From Granulicella sp. (GTDB lineage: Bacteria > Acidobacteriota > Terriglobia > Terriglobales > Acidobacteriaceae), in contig DAHWNL010000038.1 in NCBI GenBank assembly GCA_027339965.1, positions 1 through 64,000 on the forward strand: a stretch of 64,000 nt of DNA, read 5' to 3'. Within the stretch, counting starts at the first letter, position 1; every line of letters begins with the position of its first letter. Made by a program: the position numbers and the translations under genes. Below the pieces are notes generated by a model, which was not told where the DNA came from, made no database searches, and saw only the letters and a list, made by a program, of their open reading frames with translations. Shown piece by piece: positions 29,895-39,481 of this stretch.

Positions 29895-30704
29895 GTGACC
29901 GGAGCACGACAAATTCTGAGTCTTCTGCTGTTGTTTGTATTTGCAAACCAAGCATTTGCAGAATCGCCGGATAAGCTTCCCAAGCCTACCAGCTACGTCA
30001 GCGACTTTGCCGGAGTGATCGATCCCACGTCCCGAGAGAACATCGAAGACATCGCCTGGCAGGTGTACTCACGGGCGCATGCCACCATGGAGGTGGTCAC
30101 GGTGAAGTCTCTCGACGGCGAGGATATCGATTCCTGGACCACGGAGTTGGAGGATCGCTGGAAGGTGGGTCCAAAGTCCAGCGATCGTGGCGTCGTGATG
30201 GTGTTTGCCGTTGAGGACCACAAGGATAGGATTGAAGTGGGTTATGGGCTCGAGGGCATCCTGAACGATGCCAAGGTGGGCGATATCCGGCGGAGCATGA
30301 ATCCGCTTTTGGAGCAGGGTCAATATGGTCCAGCAATCCAATCCGGCGTTCAGCAGATTGCGGATGTGATCGCTGCTGGCGCCAACATCAAGCTGTCCCC
30401 GCCACAGGAGATGCCGCACGTTGCTTACCGAGAGCGGCCGGCAGAGCACCATACCAACTGGTTTGGCATCCTCTTCTTTCTGGTCATTCTGGTGCTGATG
30501 TTCCGAGGCGGAGGCGGAGGTGGCGGCTGGCTCTGGTTCCTGTTGGGCAACCTGATGGGTGGTGGCTTCGGAGGTGGTGGAGGTTTTGGCGGCGGCGACA
30601 TGGGCGGCGGAGACTCCGGGGACGGTGGTGGTTCCGGCGGCGGCGACTTTGGAGGCGGCTTCGGCGGCGGCTCCGGCGGCGGCGGGGCCAGCGGGGATTG
30701 GTAG
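29895..30704 (+). CDS. TPM-domain protein (YgcG-like) with Gly-rich tail
   Basis: VSDFAGVI, RIEVGYGLEGILND, TM helix, GGFGGGSGGGGASGDW end; adjacent to lemA. Confidence 0.92.
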   Translation: MTGARQILSLLLLFVFANQAFAESPDKLPKPTSYVSDFAGVIDPTSRENIEDIAWQVYSRAHATMEVVTVKSLDGEDIDSWTTELEDRWKVGPKSSDRGVVMVFAVEDHKDRIEVGYGLEGILNDAKVGDIRRSMNPLLEQGQYGPAIQSGVQQIADVIAAGANIKLSPPQEMPHVAYRERPAEHHTNWFGILFFLVILVLMFRGGGGGGGWLWFLLGNLMGGGFGGGGGFGGGDMGGGDSGDGGGSGGGDFGGGFGGGSGGGGASGDW

Positions 30705-30777
30705 GCTGGACACCCTGGCAAGGGGTGAATCGGGCGTAAGAATCATGAAAACGATAGATGCGAAAGGGAATACATCG

Positions 30778-31362
30778 ATGAAGGCTCTTTGGGTTGTGCT
30801 TGGAGTGCTGGGTGTGTTGCTGCTGGTGGTGATCCTCACCTTTGGCAGCTATATTTCGGCGAAGAACCAGATGGTGCAGCTCAATGAAGATGTGGACCAG
30901 GCCTACGCACAGGTGGATGTGGTGCAGCAGCGCCGTCTGGACCTGATTCCCAACCTGGTAGCCAGTGTCAAAGGTTATGTGGGCGAGGAGGAGACGGTGC
31001 TAACCAACATCGCCAATGCCCGCGCCGGCGTTCTGGCCGCCTCTTCTAACCGCGCCGGCAGCATCCGGGCCAACACCAAGCTGGATGCCGCCCTGATTCC
31101 TCTTTACCGCCTCCAGGAGGAGTATCCCGATCTGAAGGGTAACGAACAGTTCATGCGCCTGGAAGACGAGTTGGCTGGATCGGAGAACCGGATTGCTGTG
31201 GAACGCCAGCGCTACAACAAGGCTTTGGAGGCCTATAACGTCTATATCCGCCAGTTCCCCAACAGCATCTGGGCCAATATGGCGGGGTTCCATTACCGCG
31301 ACGAGTACTTCAAGGGGAATCCGGCCAACGCGACGGCTCCGACGGTCGACTTTGGAAGATAG
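30778..31362 (+). CDS. lemA: LemA family protein
   Basis: QRRLDLIPNLVASVKGY, EEYPDLK, LAGSENRIAVERQRYN, FP; alternative start 30745. Confidence 0.95.
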   Translation: MKALWVVLGVLGVLLLVVILTFGSYISAKNQMVQLNEDVDQAYAQVDVVQQRRLDLIPNLVASVKGYVGEEETVLTNIANARAGVLAASSNRAGSIRANTKLDAALIPLYRLQEEYPDLKGNEQFMRLEDELAGSENRIAVERQRYNKALEAYNVYIRQFPNSIWANMAGFHYRDEYFKGNPANATAPTVDFGR

Positions 31363-31622
31363 AAGGCCCGGCGATCCGCAAAATCGTTGCTGGAGCCCGT
31401 GGAGCGGATGGAATCGGACAGAGTGTTCCTTATTTTGGGGAGAGCGAGCTCGGCGAATTCCTTTTGGAGCAAGCCGCAGGCGAAGCTTGCAACCTTAGAA
31501 TCGAGATTTGCGTCTTACGTTCCGCCATTTGCTCCTGAGTGTATCTGCCGCATGAGTAAGGGAATGCGTCCAATGCCTCACGGTTGCGAATTCGCAGTGG
31601 TGTTGAGCAAGGAGGAGATCCC

Positions 31623-33173
31623 ATGACAGGGAGATTTGCGCTTCGAGGTTTTGTCTCCGCCGCGATGATCGCGCTGTTGGCGGGATGCAGCTCCAACATG
31701 ACGAACTCGACGATGAGCACGACGGCCAACACAGCGCCCGTGTCCATCTCGATGACAGATGATCCGCCGGCCGGCGTGTCGGTGTTGTTTTTTCAGGTGA
31801 GCCTGACCGGCGCCTCGCTGATGTCAGCCTCGGGGTCGTCGGTGTCGCTATTAAACAGCGGCACGCCGATTGATGTAGATGTGACGCAACTGCAGGCGCT
31901 GTCAACGTTTTTGAGCTCCGCCAACGTGGCCGCGGGAACCTACAACAGCCTGAACCTGACCTTTGCGAACCCGGAGCTGGTGATTTACAACCAGTCGGAT
32001 TCTTCCCTGGGGAGCACGTGCGCGGTCGGCAGCGTTTGCCAACTCACGCCGACCCTCGATAGCGGCTCTTCGTCGGTGTCCATCTCCTCTTCGCCCTTCC
32101 CGGTGATGATAAGCTCCGGCTCGCCGCTTGGGTTTGCGATTCACTTTCACTTAAATACGGTGATCCAGTCGGATCTATCGGTAAATCTAAGCGTAGCGAA
32201 AGGCGTGACGGCGTCTGAGTTGCCTCCCGCACCCACCCCTCAGGAGTTTGGGGGCCTAACCGGTACGGTGGAGACGGTGACCGCCAACGGTAATCAGTTC
32301 ACCCTTCAGACGGCGTGGCGGCGGACGTTTACCATTGACACCACGAGCTCGACGACCTTCGGCAACTTTCCTTCGAGCTCTTGTTCCGCGCCGGGGCTTG
32401 TCTGTCTCGCCCAGGGGCAGGTGGTTCGGACGCAGATTGCGGGCCTGGGAAACAACGGCGCGCTGACGGCCAGTGCGGTGACGTATGTGCAGCAAGCGGC
32501 GGCGGTGACGGTGCAGGGCACCGTGATCCGCCTGATTTCGTCCTCAAGCACGGCGAGCGCACCTCCCACCGGCTTTGTGATGATCCTGCACGATAACTTC
32601 GCGGATGCGATGGGATTTCCGATGGGCGGGGAGGCAACCGTCAGTTTAGCGAGCAGCGCGACGTACTCTATGGACGACAGCGGCTACACCATGCCGGCAG
32701 GCCTCAGCTTTTCCAGTGCGGCAAGTCTGACGGTGGGCCAGACCGTCAACGTCACCGAGCAGCCGGGAACGCTGAGCCAGGGGATGAGTTCCGGGATGGG
32801 GATGGACATGTGGGAACCTCCGCCGTCGCTTACGTTTACCGCATCGGCCGTAGAACTTGAGCCGAGTCAGATGACAGGTATGGTCACCTCACTGGACTCC
32901 TCCAATATGAGCTTTGGGCTGGGGAAGAACGAGGATGGCGGCATGTTCTTTGCGCCGTGGCCGATGATGTCCGAGGATGAATCTACCTTCAATTTCAATG
33001 TGGATACGACCACTCAAACCAGCTATACGGGATTCAATCCCGAGAGCTATGACGGTTTGATGGAGAAGCAGTTCGTCTCGGTCGAGGGATGGCTGTTTCC
33101 CGCGGCCGGTGGCGGAGGCGGTCCCATCATCGCGGCAAAATCGGTGGTATTGCGGCCCAACGATAGCTTTTAG
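31623..33173 (+). CDS. Secreted lipoprotein, DUF4382/DUF5666-like, with Met-rich C-terminal half
   Basis: AGGAGGA SD; lipobox LLAGC; ISMTDDP; GTYNSLNLTF; repeated beta-rich G-x-V modules. Confidence 0.8.
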   Translation: MTGRFALRGFVSAAMIALLAGCSSNMTNSTMSTTANTAPVSISMTDDPPAGVSVLFFQVSLTGASLMSASGSSVSLLNSGTPIDVDVTQLQALSTFLSSANVAAGTYNSLNLTFANPELVIYNQSDSSLGSTCAVGSVCQLTPTLDSGSSSVSISSSPFPVMISSGSPLGFAIHFHLNTVIQSDLSVNLSVAKGVTASELPPAPTPQEFGGLTGTVETVTANGNQFTLQTAWRRTFTIDTTSSTTFGNFPSSSCSAPGLVCLAQGQVVRTQIAGLGNNGALTASAVTYVQQAAAVTVQGTVIRLISSSSTASAPPTGFVMILHDNFADAMGFPMGGEATVSLASSATYSMDDSGYTMPAGLSFSSAASLTVGQTVNVTEQPGTLSQGMSSGMGMDMWEPPPSLTFTASAVELEPSQMTGMVTSLDSSNMSFGLGKNEDGGMFFAPWPMMSEDESTFNFNVDTTTQTSYTGFNPESYDGLMEKQFVSVEGWLFPAAGGGGGPIIAAKSVVLRPNDSF

Positions 33174-33194
33174 GGGTCTTATGGCGCGGTTGCT

Positions 33195-33214
33195 GCCCCC
33201 GGATTTCCGGGGGC
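33195..33214. terminator. Hairpin between convergent genes (possible bidirectional terminator)
   Basis: GCCCCCGG-ATTT-CCGGGGGC. Confidence 0.55.
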
Positions 33215-33235
33215 GAGGCGCCCGGGGTGGCGAAA

Positions 33236-34108
33236 CTATCCAGCAGATGCGTCTTCTGCGACCGCGAAGGCCACCTGGGGCACGAGCGCCTTGACTAAGT
33301 TGGTGAATTGCACGGCTACCCTGCGGCCGGTCTCCAGCACCTCGCGGTGATCGATGGGTTGGGCAACGACGCCGGCAGCCATGTTGGTGACCAGGGAGAT
33401 GCCCAGCACTTCTATTCCCATGTGCCGGGCCACAAGGACCTCCTGTACGGTGCTCATCCCCACCAGATCCGCTCCCAGCGTGCGAAAGGCGCGAATCTCC
33501 GCTGGGGTTTCAAAGCTTGGTCCGAGCACGGCCAGGTAGACGCCCTCCGGTAGAGGAATCTTCTGCCGCTCCGCTTCGGCGCGCGCCAGAGCGCGCAGGC
33601 GTGGCGAGTAGGCTGTGGACATATCAAAGAACCTTTGCCCAGCGCCCGGCTTTACGGCGAAGCGCTGTTCGTTGGGGCCTAACGCGGCGTTGTTTCCCGT
33701 CAGGTTGATGTGGTCGCTGATGCTGACCAGGGTTCCTGCGCTGTAGCTGGTGTTGATTCCGCCGGCGGCGTTGGTGACAATTGCGGCCACGCATCCCAGA
33801 ACTCCAAGTACCCGCATGGGAAAGGTGACTTCATTCATGGAGTAGCCCTCGTAGGCATGCACGCGTCCCTGCATGACCGCCACGCGCACCCCAAAGATGG
33901 TTCCCAGCACGAGTCTGCCGCTGTGGCCCTCGACGGTTGATCTCGGCCAGCCGGGAATCTCCGCGTAGTCGATGGTGGTGGCATTCTCGATCACACTCGC
34001 AAAGTCTCCCAGTCCTGAGCCCAGGATGATTGCCAGGCTGGGCCGCCCCTGCACCCTGGAAAGGATGTAATCGGCCGCCGTGGCGGCTCGCGTGTATGGG
34101 TCAGTCAT
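33236..34108 (-). CDS. punA: Purine-nucleoside phosphorylase (trimeric type)
   Basis: ILGSGLG, STVEGHSG, GRVHAYEG, TNAAGG, GPSFETPAE, VGMSTV. Confidence 0.95.
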   Translation of the reverse strand: MTDPYTRAATAADYILSRVQGRPSLAIILGSGLGDFASVIENATTIDYAEIPGWPRSTVEGHSGRLVLGTIFGVRVAVMQGRVHAYEGYSMNEVTFPMRVLGVLGCVAAIVTNAAGGINTSYSAGTLVSISDHINLTGNNAALGPNEQRFAVKPGAGQRFFDMSTAYSPRLRALARAEAERQKIPLPEGVYLAVLGPSFETPAEIRAFRTLGADLVGMSTVQEVLVARHMGIEVLGISLVTNMAAGVVAQPIDHREVLETGRRVAVQFTNLVKALVPQVAFAVAEDASAG

Positions 34109-34213
34109 CTTTCTCTCCCTTTGCGGTTTCTTTTTTGCGGATGGATGAAGCGGAATCCCATCCCGTTTTCCGGAAGGGCTGGGGATAAATGCCGCAGCCT
34201 GATGGAGGATGCC

Positions 34214-35488
34214 CTACCGGATCAAAAGGCTCACAATACTGGCCGACATCAGGTTTGCCATGGTTCCTGCCAGCATGGCGCGCACGCCCAGCCGCGCCAG
34301 GTCACCCCTGCGGCTGGGTGCCAGAGCTCCGATGCCGCCAATCTGCATGCCAATGGAGCCTACGTTGGCAAAGCCGCAAAGGGCAAAGGTGGCAATCGAG
34401 AAGGTTCGTGGTGGAAGCATGCTCTTGATCTGGCCGAGATCGTGGAAGGCCAGGAACTCGTTGAGCATCATGCGCGTTCCCAGCAGGTTGCCGACTGCCC
34501 GCGCGTTATGCCACGGAATCCCGATCAGCCACGCTACCGGGGCTCCAGCGACGCCCAGCACGGTATTGAGAGAGTGAGGGAAGGGGATGTGACCGTGCGC
34601 CCAGGCGAAGTTGGACAGATCCAGCATGATGCCGTTGGCCAGGCCGACCAAGGCGACAAAACTGATGAGCATGATGGCTACGTTGAAGGCGAGTTGTCCG
34701 CCGTCAATGGTGCCCCGGGCGATGGCTCCCACCAGGTTTTCACTTCTGTGCTCCTCGCTGGCCGGCATGTGGACGGTGCCTGCTGTTGCCGGAGCTTCCG
34801 TCTCCGGCACAAGCATCTTGGCCACCAGGATGGTTCCAGGGGCGGTCATGATGACTGCGGACAACAAGTCTTTGGCGTTGATGCCGAAGAGAATATAGGC
34901 GGCCATGATTCCGCCGGAGACGTGCGCCATGCCGGAGGTCATGATGGTCATTAACTCGCTGTGTGTGGCTCCCTCCAGGAAGGGCCGGATGGTAAGAGGA
35001 GCTTCGGTCTGCCCCATGAAGATGGACGCGGCCACGTTCGTGGACTCGGCCCCGGAGGTGCCCATGGTCCGCTGCATCAGCCAGGCCATCATCCGGATGA
35101 CCTTCTGCATCAGGCCGATGTGATACAAGATGGCGAAGAAGGCGCTGACAAAGATGATGGTCGGCAGGACGGAAAAGGCGAAGACGCTGAGCGGGTTGCT
35201 GGGTATCCCAAGATAACCGAAGACCAGCCCGGAACCATCCGCGGCATGGCCCAGCAGATTGGTGATCACCCGGGAGGTGCCGGCCAGCATCTTCTGTCCG
35301 AAGGTCCACTGGATCACCCCGATGGCAAAGATGATCTGCAGGCTCAGCCCCCAGGCCACCGTCTTCCATCGGATGGCGCGCCGATTGGTCGAGAAAAGAT
35401 AGGCGAGCAGAACGAAAACAAAGAGTCCGAGCAGTCCGGTCCATCGTCCCAAGGGCAATCTCCGATCCGAGAGGCTGAAGGGCTCCAT
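34214..35488 (-). CDS. nupC: Concentrative nucleoside transporter (CNT/NupC family)
   Basis: VLPTIIFVS, GTSGAES, IFMGQTEAPL, NEFLAF, FALCGFAN. Confidence 0.95.
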   Translation of the reverse strand: MEPFSLSDRRLPLGRWTGLLGLFVFVLLAYLFSTNRRAIRWKTVAWGLSLQIIFAIGVIQWTFGQKMLAGTSRVITNLLGHAADGSGLVFGYLGIPSNPLSVFAFSVLPTIIFVSAFFAILYHIGLMQKVIRMMAWLMQRTMGTSGAESTNVAASIFMGQTEAPLTIRPFLEGATHSELMTIMTSGMAHVSGGIMAAYILFGINAKDLLSAVIMTAPGTILVAKMLVPETEAPATAGTVHMPASEEHRSENLVGAIARGTIDGGQLAFNVAIMLISFVALVGLANGIMLDLSNFAWAHGHIPFPHSLNTVLGVAGAPVAWLIGIPWHNARAVGNLLGTRMMLNEFLAFHDLGQIKSMLPPRTFSIATFALCGFANVGSIGMQIGGIGALAPSRRGDLARLGVRAMLAGTMANLMSASIVSLLIR

Positions 35489-35608
35489 CACATCCACCTT
35501 GGATCTGTCGTCAACACAGATGCAGGAGAGGCAGTTCTCAAGCAGGTAACGGCAGTGTAACCATTTCAGCCAGGGCCGGGCCACTCCCCCGGTGCGATCG
35601 TCGAGGAT

Positions 35609-37096
35609 TCAGGTGTGAGCATCTGCCCCAGGCTTGGCTTGGATCACCGCCCGAATCAACGGCCTGCGCTCGGGAGGACTGTCTGCGATCTTCAGCGCGG
35701 CTTCGATCATGGCAGCAGGTTCGTCGAGCAGGGACTCCTCCTCGCTGAAGAGGGTAAAGAGCGGTTGTCCGGCCTGGACATGGTCGCCGATCTTGGCGTG
35801 GCTCTCCAGTCCGGCGTGGGCGCTGACAGGATCGTTGGGCCGGGCGCGGCCCGCTCCCAGGCGCTGGATCGCCCAGCCCACCTCTTTGCAGTCCACGGCG
35901 GAGAGATACCCCGCGCGGGAGGCGCGCAGGAGGCGTGTGGCGCGTGGCCGATGGAACGCCGCCGGATCGGAGAAGACGCTCACGTCTCCGCCCTGCGCAG
36001 CGATGATCTTCAACCAGGCGGCGTAGGCCTCCCCCGAACGCAGGATCGCGTCGGCCATCTTTGCTCCCTGCTCTGGAGAGTTTGCTCGGCCGGCGAGAAA
36101 AAGCCCCCAGCCGCTGAGCTTGTTCGCCAACTCGATGAGGTCTGTTGACATGCGGTGGCGAGCGCCTTTCATGACCTCAACGCACTCCCGGACCTCTATC
36201 CAGTTTCCGGAGAAACGGCCCATCGGTTCGTCCATGGCCGTCAAAAGGGCTACGGTCCGGGTGCCGGAGGACTCTCCAGTGGAGACCATCAAATCAGCCA
36301 GAAATCTTGACTGCTCTTCGGTGGGCATCAATGCTCCCGAGCCCACTTTTACGTCCAGCACCAGGGCGCGGAGATTCTCGGCCAACTTTTTGCTCATGAT
36401 GCTGGCGCAGATCAGAAATGGGGACTCGACGGTGCCCGTATGGTCGCGCATCGCGTAGAGGATGCGGTCCGCCGGGACCAGCTGCGCCGTCTGCCCTACC
36501 AGCACGGCGTGGCACTCCCGCAGTACCTGGATTCTCCGCTCCTGCCCCAGTTGCGAGTTAAAGCCGGGGATGGTCTCCAGCTTGTCCAGGGTTCCGCCGG
36601 TATGACCCAGGTTGCGTCCGGAGATCATGGGAACAAAGAGAGATGAAGGAACTCCGTCCGGCGTACCGTGCTCCTTCTTGACCGTTGGAAGCGTTGCGGC
36701 GGCAGCCCAGATTGGGGCGATCAGAAGACTGCTCTTGTCTCCCACTCCTCCCGTGGAATGCTTGTCCAGCGTGAAGGTTTCGGTTTTTGCCGCCGTCAGG
36801 TGAGAGGCATCCAAGGTCTCGCCAGAAAAGCGCATGGCCTGGGTTAGGTCCGAAAGCTCTCGCAGCGAAAGGCCGCGCTGGAAGACCGCCATCAGGAAAG
36901 CTCCAAGCTGGGCGTCCGTGATGTCTCCTGCTTCAGGGGGGTAGGCAGGCTCAGAGCCTGCGCTTTGTCCGGCTGCCTGCTGTCCCTGCGCGGCTGCTTC
37001 TCCGTGGCGTACGGCTGCCTGCACAAAAAATTCAATCTCTGCCGTGGACAGCTCTGCGCCGTTCCGCTTCTTCATCAACAGATCGATGGCATGCAT
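35609..37096 (-). CDS. pdp: Thymidine/pyrimidine-nucleoside phosphorylase
   Basis: DKHSTGGVGDK, MISGRNLGHTGGTLDKLE, SIMSKK, LDVKVGSGA, LGAGR. Confidence 0.95.
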   Translation of the reverse strand: MHAIDLLMKKRNGAELSTAEIEFFVQAAVRHGEAAAQGQQAAGQSAGSEPAYPPEAGDITDAQLGAFLMAVFQRGLSLRELSDLTQAMRFSGETLDASHLTAAKTETFTLDKHSTGGVGDKSSLLIAPIWAAAATLPTVKKEHGTPDGVPSSLFVPMISGRNLGHTGGTLDKLETIPGFNSQLGQERRIQVLRECHAVLVGQTAQLVPADRILYAMRDHTGTVESPFLICASIMSKKLAENLRALVLDVKVGSGALMPTEEQSRFLADLMVSTGESSGTRTVALLTAMDEPMGRFSGNWIEVRECVEVMKGARHRMSTDLIELANKLSGWGLFLAGRANSPEQGAKMADAILRSGEAYAAWLKIIAAQGGDVSVFSDPAAFHRPRATRLLRASRAGYLSAVDCKEVGWAIQRLGAGRARPNDPVSAHAGLESHAKIGDHVQAGQPLFTLFSEEESLLDEPAAMIEAALKIADSPPERRPLIRAVIQAKPGADAHT

Positions 37097-37186
37097 GGCA
37101 AGGTCATCCTGATGGCTTGGAGCTGTGTCGCTCAGCAAATGCCGCTTCCGGCGCGCTCCGAGAGATCCGGGCCGGGGTAAGGGGGT

Positions 37187-37687
37187 CTAACGCTTCTTCG
37201 TCGCGTCGGAATCCGCCGGACCCCAAGGAGGAAGCTGGTCAACGTCCGTCTCGGGAGGAAAGATCTTCGTGTTCTCCTCCAGATACGCGGCGCGAAAGGC
37301 CGAGGGGAGCAACTCGCCCAAGGTTGTCTCCATCGCCCCGCCGCCCACTCCTGGATACAAAATCAGGGTTGCATCGTCTCCAAACTCAGCCAAGGTTTGG
37401 CGGCAGGCTCCGCAAGGCATGCTGGTTGCCCCGTTTAAATTTGCGACGGCGACAGCTCTCAACCGGATTCCAGGTCCAAGTTCGGCGACCGCTCGGGCAA
37501 CTGCCACCTGCTCCGCGCAACTGGTGAGGCGGTAGGAACAGTTTTCCACGTTGCAACCGGTAATGACGGTGCCATCCTCGAGCAGCAGCGCTGCCCCTAC
37601 TCGAAACCGGCTATAAGGGGCGTAGGCATGCTCGGCCGCCTTTGCCGCCAGATTTCTGAGCTTGCTGCGATCTGCTTCGCCTAACAC
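37187..37687 (-). CDS. cdd: Cytidine deaminase (homotetrameric type)
   Basis: YAPYSRFRVGAA, GCNVEN, CAE, PCGACRQ; GAGGAG SD. Confidence 0.96.
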   Translation of the reverse strand: MLGEADRSKLRNLAAKAAEHAYAPYSRFRVGAALLLEDGTVITGCNVENCSYRLTSCAEQVAVARAVAELGPGIRLRAVAVANLNGATSMPCGACRQTLAEFGDDATLILYPGVGGGAMETTLGELLPSAFRAAYLEENTKIFPPETDVDQLPPWGPADSDATKKR

Positions 37688-38077
37688 GTTCTCTCCTCGG
37701 AATCTCTCTCCGTAAATCGTTTAGCGTAATTGCTTTCGCGGTCCGCCGCAAGCTGCGATCCGGAGCTGCGATGCAAAACTTTTTGAACCGGCAGCCACTG
37801 AGGACGAAAGCCGATGCCACCCACAGATCCAGATAAAGGCGCGCGGGGGCGATGGAGATGGCCGCCTCTGGGAAAGGAACTCCTGGATATCGGGGTTGTC
37901 AGGATGGAGCAGCGGCGCCAGGCAAATCCGACTCCGACTCTTCCTTCAGCAAGCGTAAAAAGGAGACGGGCCTGGGAATCAGGCTCGCTCTCTCCGCAGA
38001 CGGGTCGAGATTCCGAGGACCGTACAATCAAAAGAATACAAAGCCGGATTTCGATTCTGCCGTTCTTCATCGTCGAT

Positions 38078-39448
38078 ATGCTCATTGCCATCGCGCGCGC
38101 CTTCCAAACACCTATCCGACGAATTCCGATGCCGCTGCGTCTGGCCGCCGGGCTGTTGTCGATGTTATTTTGTCTGTTCGCGGCGATGCATGCGATCGCC
38201 GCTCGGGAGTCGGTCTTTGTGACCGCAGACGCGCGCTTTTACCTGGGTATCGCCAGGGGGGATTACAGCCAGGTGATGCAACCCTTTGCACTGCGTCAAC
38301 TGGGGGCGATCTTTGCAGCCGTGCTCGGGCATCTGTTGCACGCTTCTGTCGAAGAAGGCTTTGTGCTGGAAGGGATGCTTTCGCTGGTGACCTTGCTGAT
38401 GGTGATTTATAGCGTTTTGCTGCGCTCCTCAGCCCCAGGCTGGCTGCTGGCCGCCATCGCTTTTCTTCCATTTTGGCCCATGCTGATGAAGGAGATGGTG
38501 CTGCCTGATCTTTGGTATTCAGCTCTGCTGGCGTTGCTGCTGCTCTTACTCAAGAACGAGAAGATGCTGGCTGCGTCGTTGATGATGTTTCCTCTGATGC
38601 TCTCGCGAGAGTCCACCTCGCTCACGCTGGTCTGCTTGCTGGCGGCCGGTTGGCAATGGCTGAGATGGAGAGATAGGTGGGTTGCCGCGATATCGGCGCT
38701 GGCCGGAGCGATAGTGGTGAAGCATCTGGCGTTGCATGCTCAGCCCAACCTGGAACATCTCCCGGAAACCATCTATATGCTCGCCAAAGTGCCTTGGAAC
38801 TTCTCCAATAACGTTCTCGGACTGGTTCCATGGAGCAATGTCAATCAGAGTTTTTGCTCTGTGCCGATCTGGAAGCTGCCGGTTCAGTTTGGTCCCGTGC
38901 AGGCGATTGGTATCTGCGGTTTCTCCTCCCTGGGCTGGATGAAGATTACGTCAACCATGTTGAATGAGTTTGGACTGTTGCCCCTGCTGATGGCCTTCCT
39001 GTGGTGGCAGCGCAGGAAAACTCGTGAGTCTGTGGCGCAGTCCAATTTGCTGCTCCGTTTTACGTTATTCTACGGAGTTGCTTCTCTGGCGCTGGCGCCT
39101 GTGCTGGGAACATGGATCAGTCGATTGGTGGGATATGCCTGGCCAATGTATTTGGTCGCCTTGCCGCTCCAGTTTCGGCCTGTGTCGCGGAGTGTCTTGC
39201 TCAGCAAGCGCGCTCTGGCGGGGACAGGGTTTTTCTGCCTGCATCTGATCGCCGTTTGGTTCTCCATCTATCAGGCGATCCGGTGGACATGGACGATACA
39301 GGTGACAGTCGAATTCGGCCTTTGGACGGTCGGCTATTTTCTATTGCGATTCTGGCTCGGTGCTGGCAAGGAAGAGCCGGGCAGCGGAGATGGCGTGGGC
39401 GCGGGCATTCCTCCTGCGAACTCCGCGGCTTTGGCCACGGGGCGGTGA
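38078..39448 (+). CDS. Polytopic membrane protein of unknown function (possible GT-C-fold transferase)
   Basis: About 11-12 hydrophobic segments; DARFY in the first loop, PD and RE motifs; start uncertain (38078 or 38129). Confidence 0.7.
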   Translation: MLIAIARAFQTPIRRIPMPLRLAAGLLSMLFCLFAAMHAIAARESVFVTADARFYLGIARGDYSQVMQPFALRQLGAIFAAVLGHLLHASVEEGFVLEGMLSLVTLLMVIYSVLLRSSAPGWLLAAIAFLPFWPMLMKEMVLPDLWYSALLALLLLLLKNEKMLAASLMMFPLMLSRESTSLTLVCLLAAGWQWLRWRDRWVAAISALAGAIVVKHLALHAQPNLEHLPETIYMLAKVPWNFSNNVLGLVPWSNVNQSFCSVPIWKLPVQFGPVQAIGICGFSSLGWMKITSTMLNEFGLLPLLMAFLWWQRRKTRESVAQSNLLLRFTLFYGVASLALAPVLGTWISRLVGYAWPMYLVALPLQFRPVSRSVLLSKRALAGTGFFCLHLIAVWFSIYQAIRWTWTIQVTVEFGLWTVGYFLLRFWLGAGKEEPGSGDGVGAGIPPANSAALATGR

Positions 39449-39481
39449 GCCGTCAGACCTCCGCAGTTCGCAGAACGATGC

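Noticed and set aside
30506..30700. GGC-rich low-complexity repeat
   Set aside because: Encodes the normal Gly-rich tail of TPM-domain proteins
37798..37810. CTGAGGACGAAA resembling a hammerhead ribozyme core
   Set aside because: No room for stem II between CUGANGA and GAAA, and no convincing flanking stems
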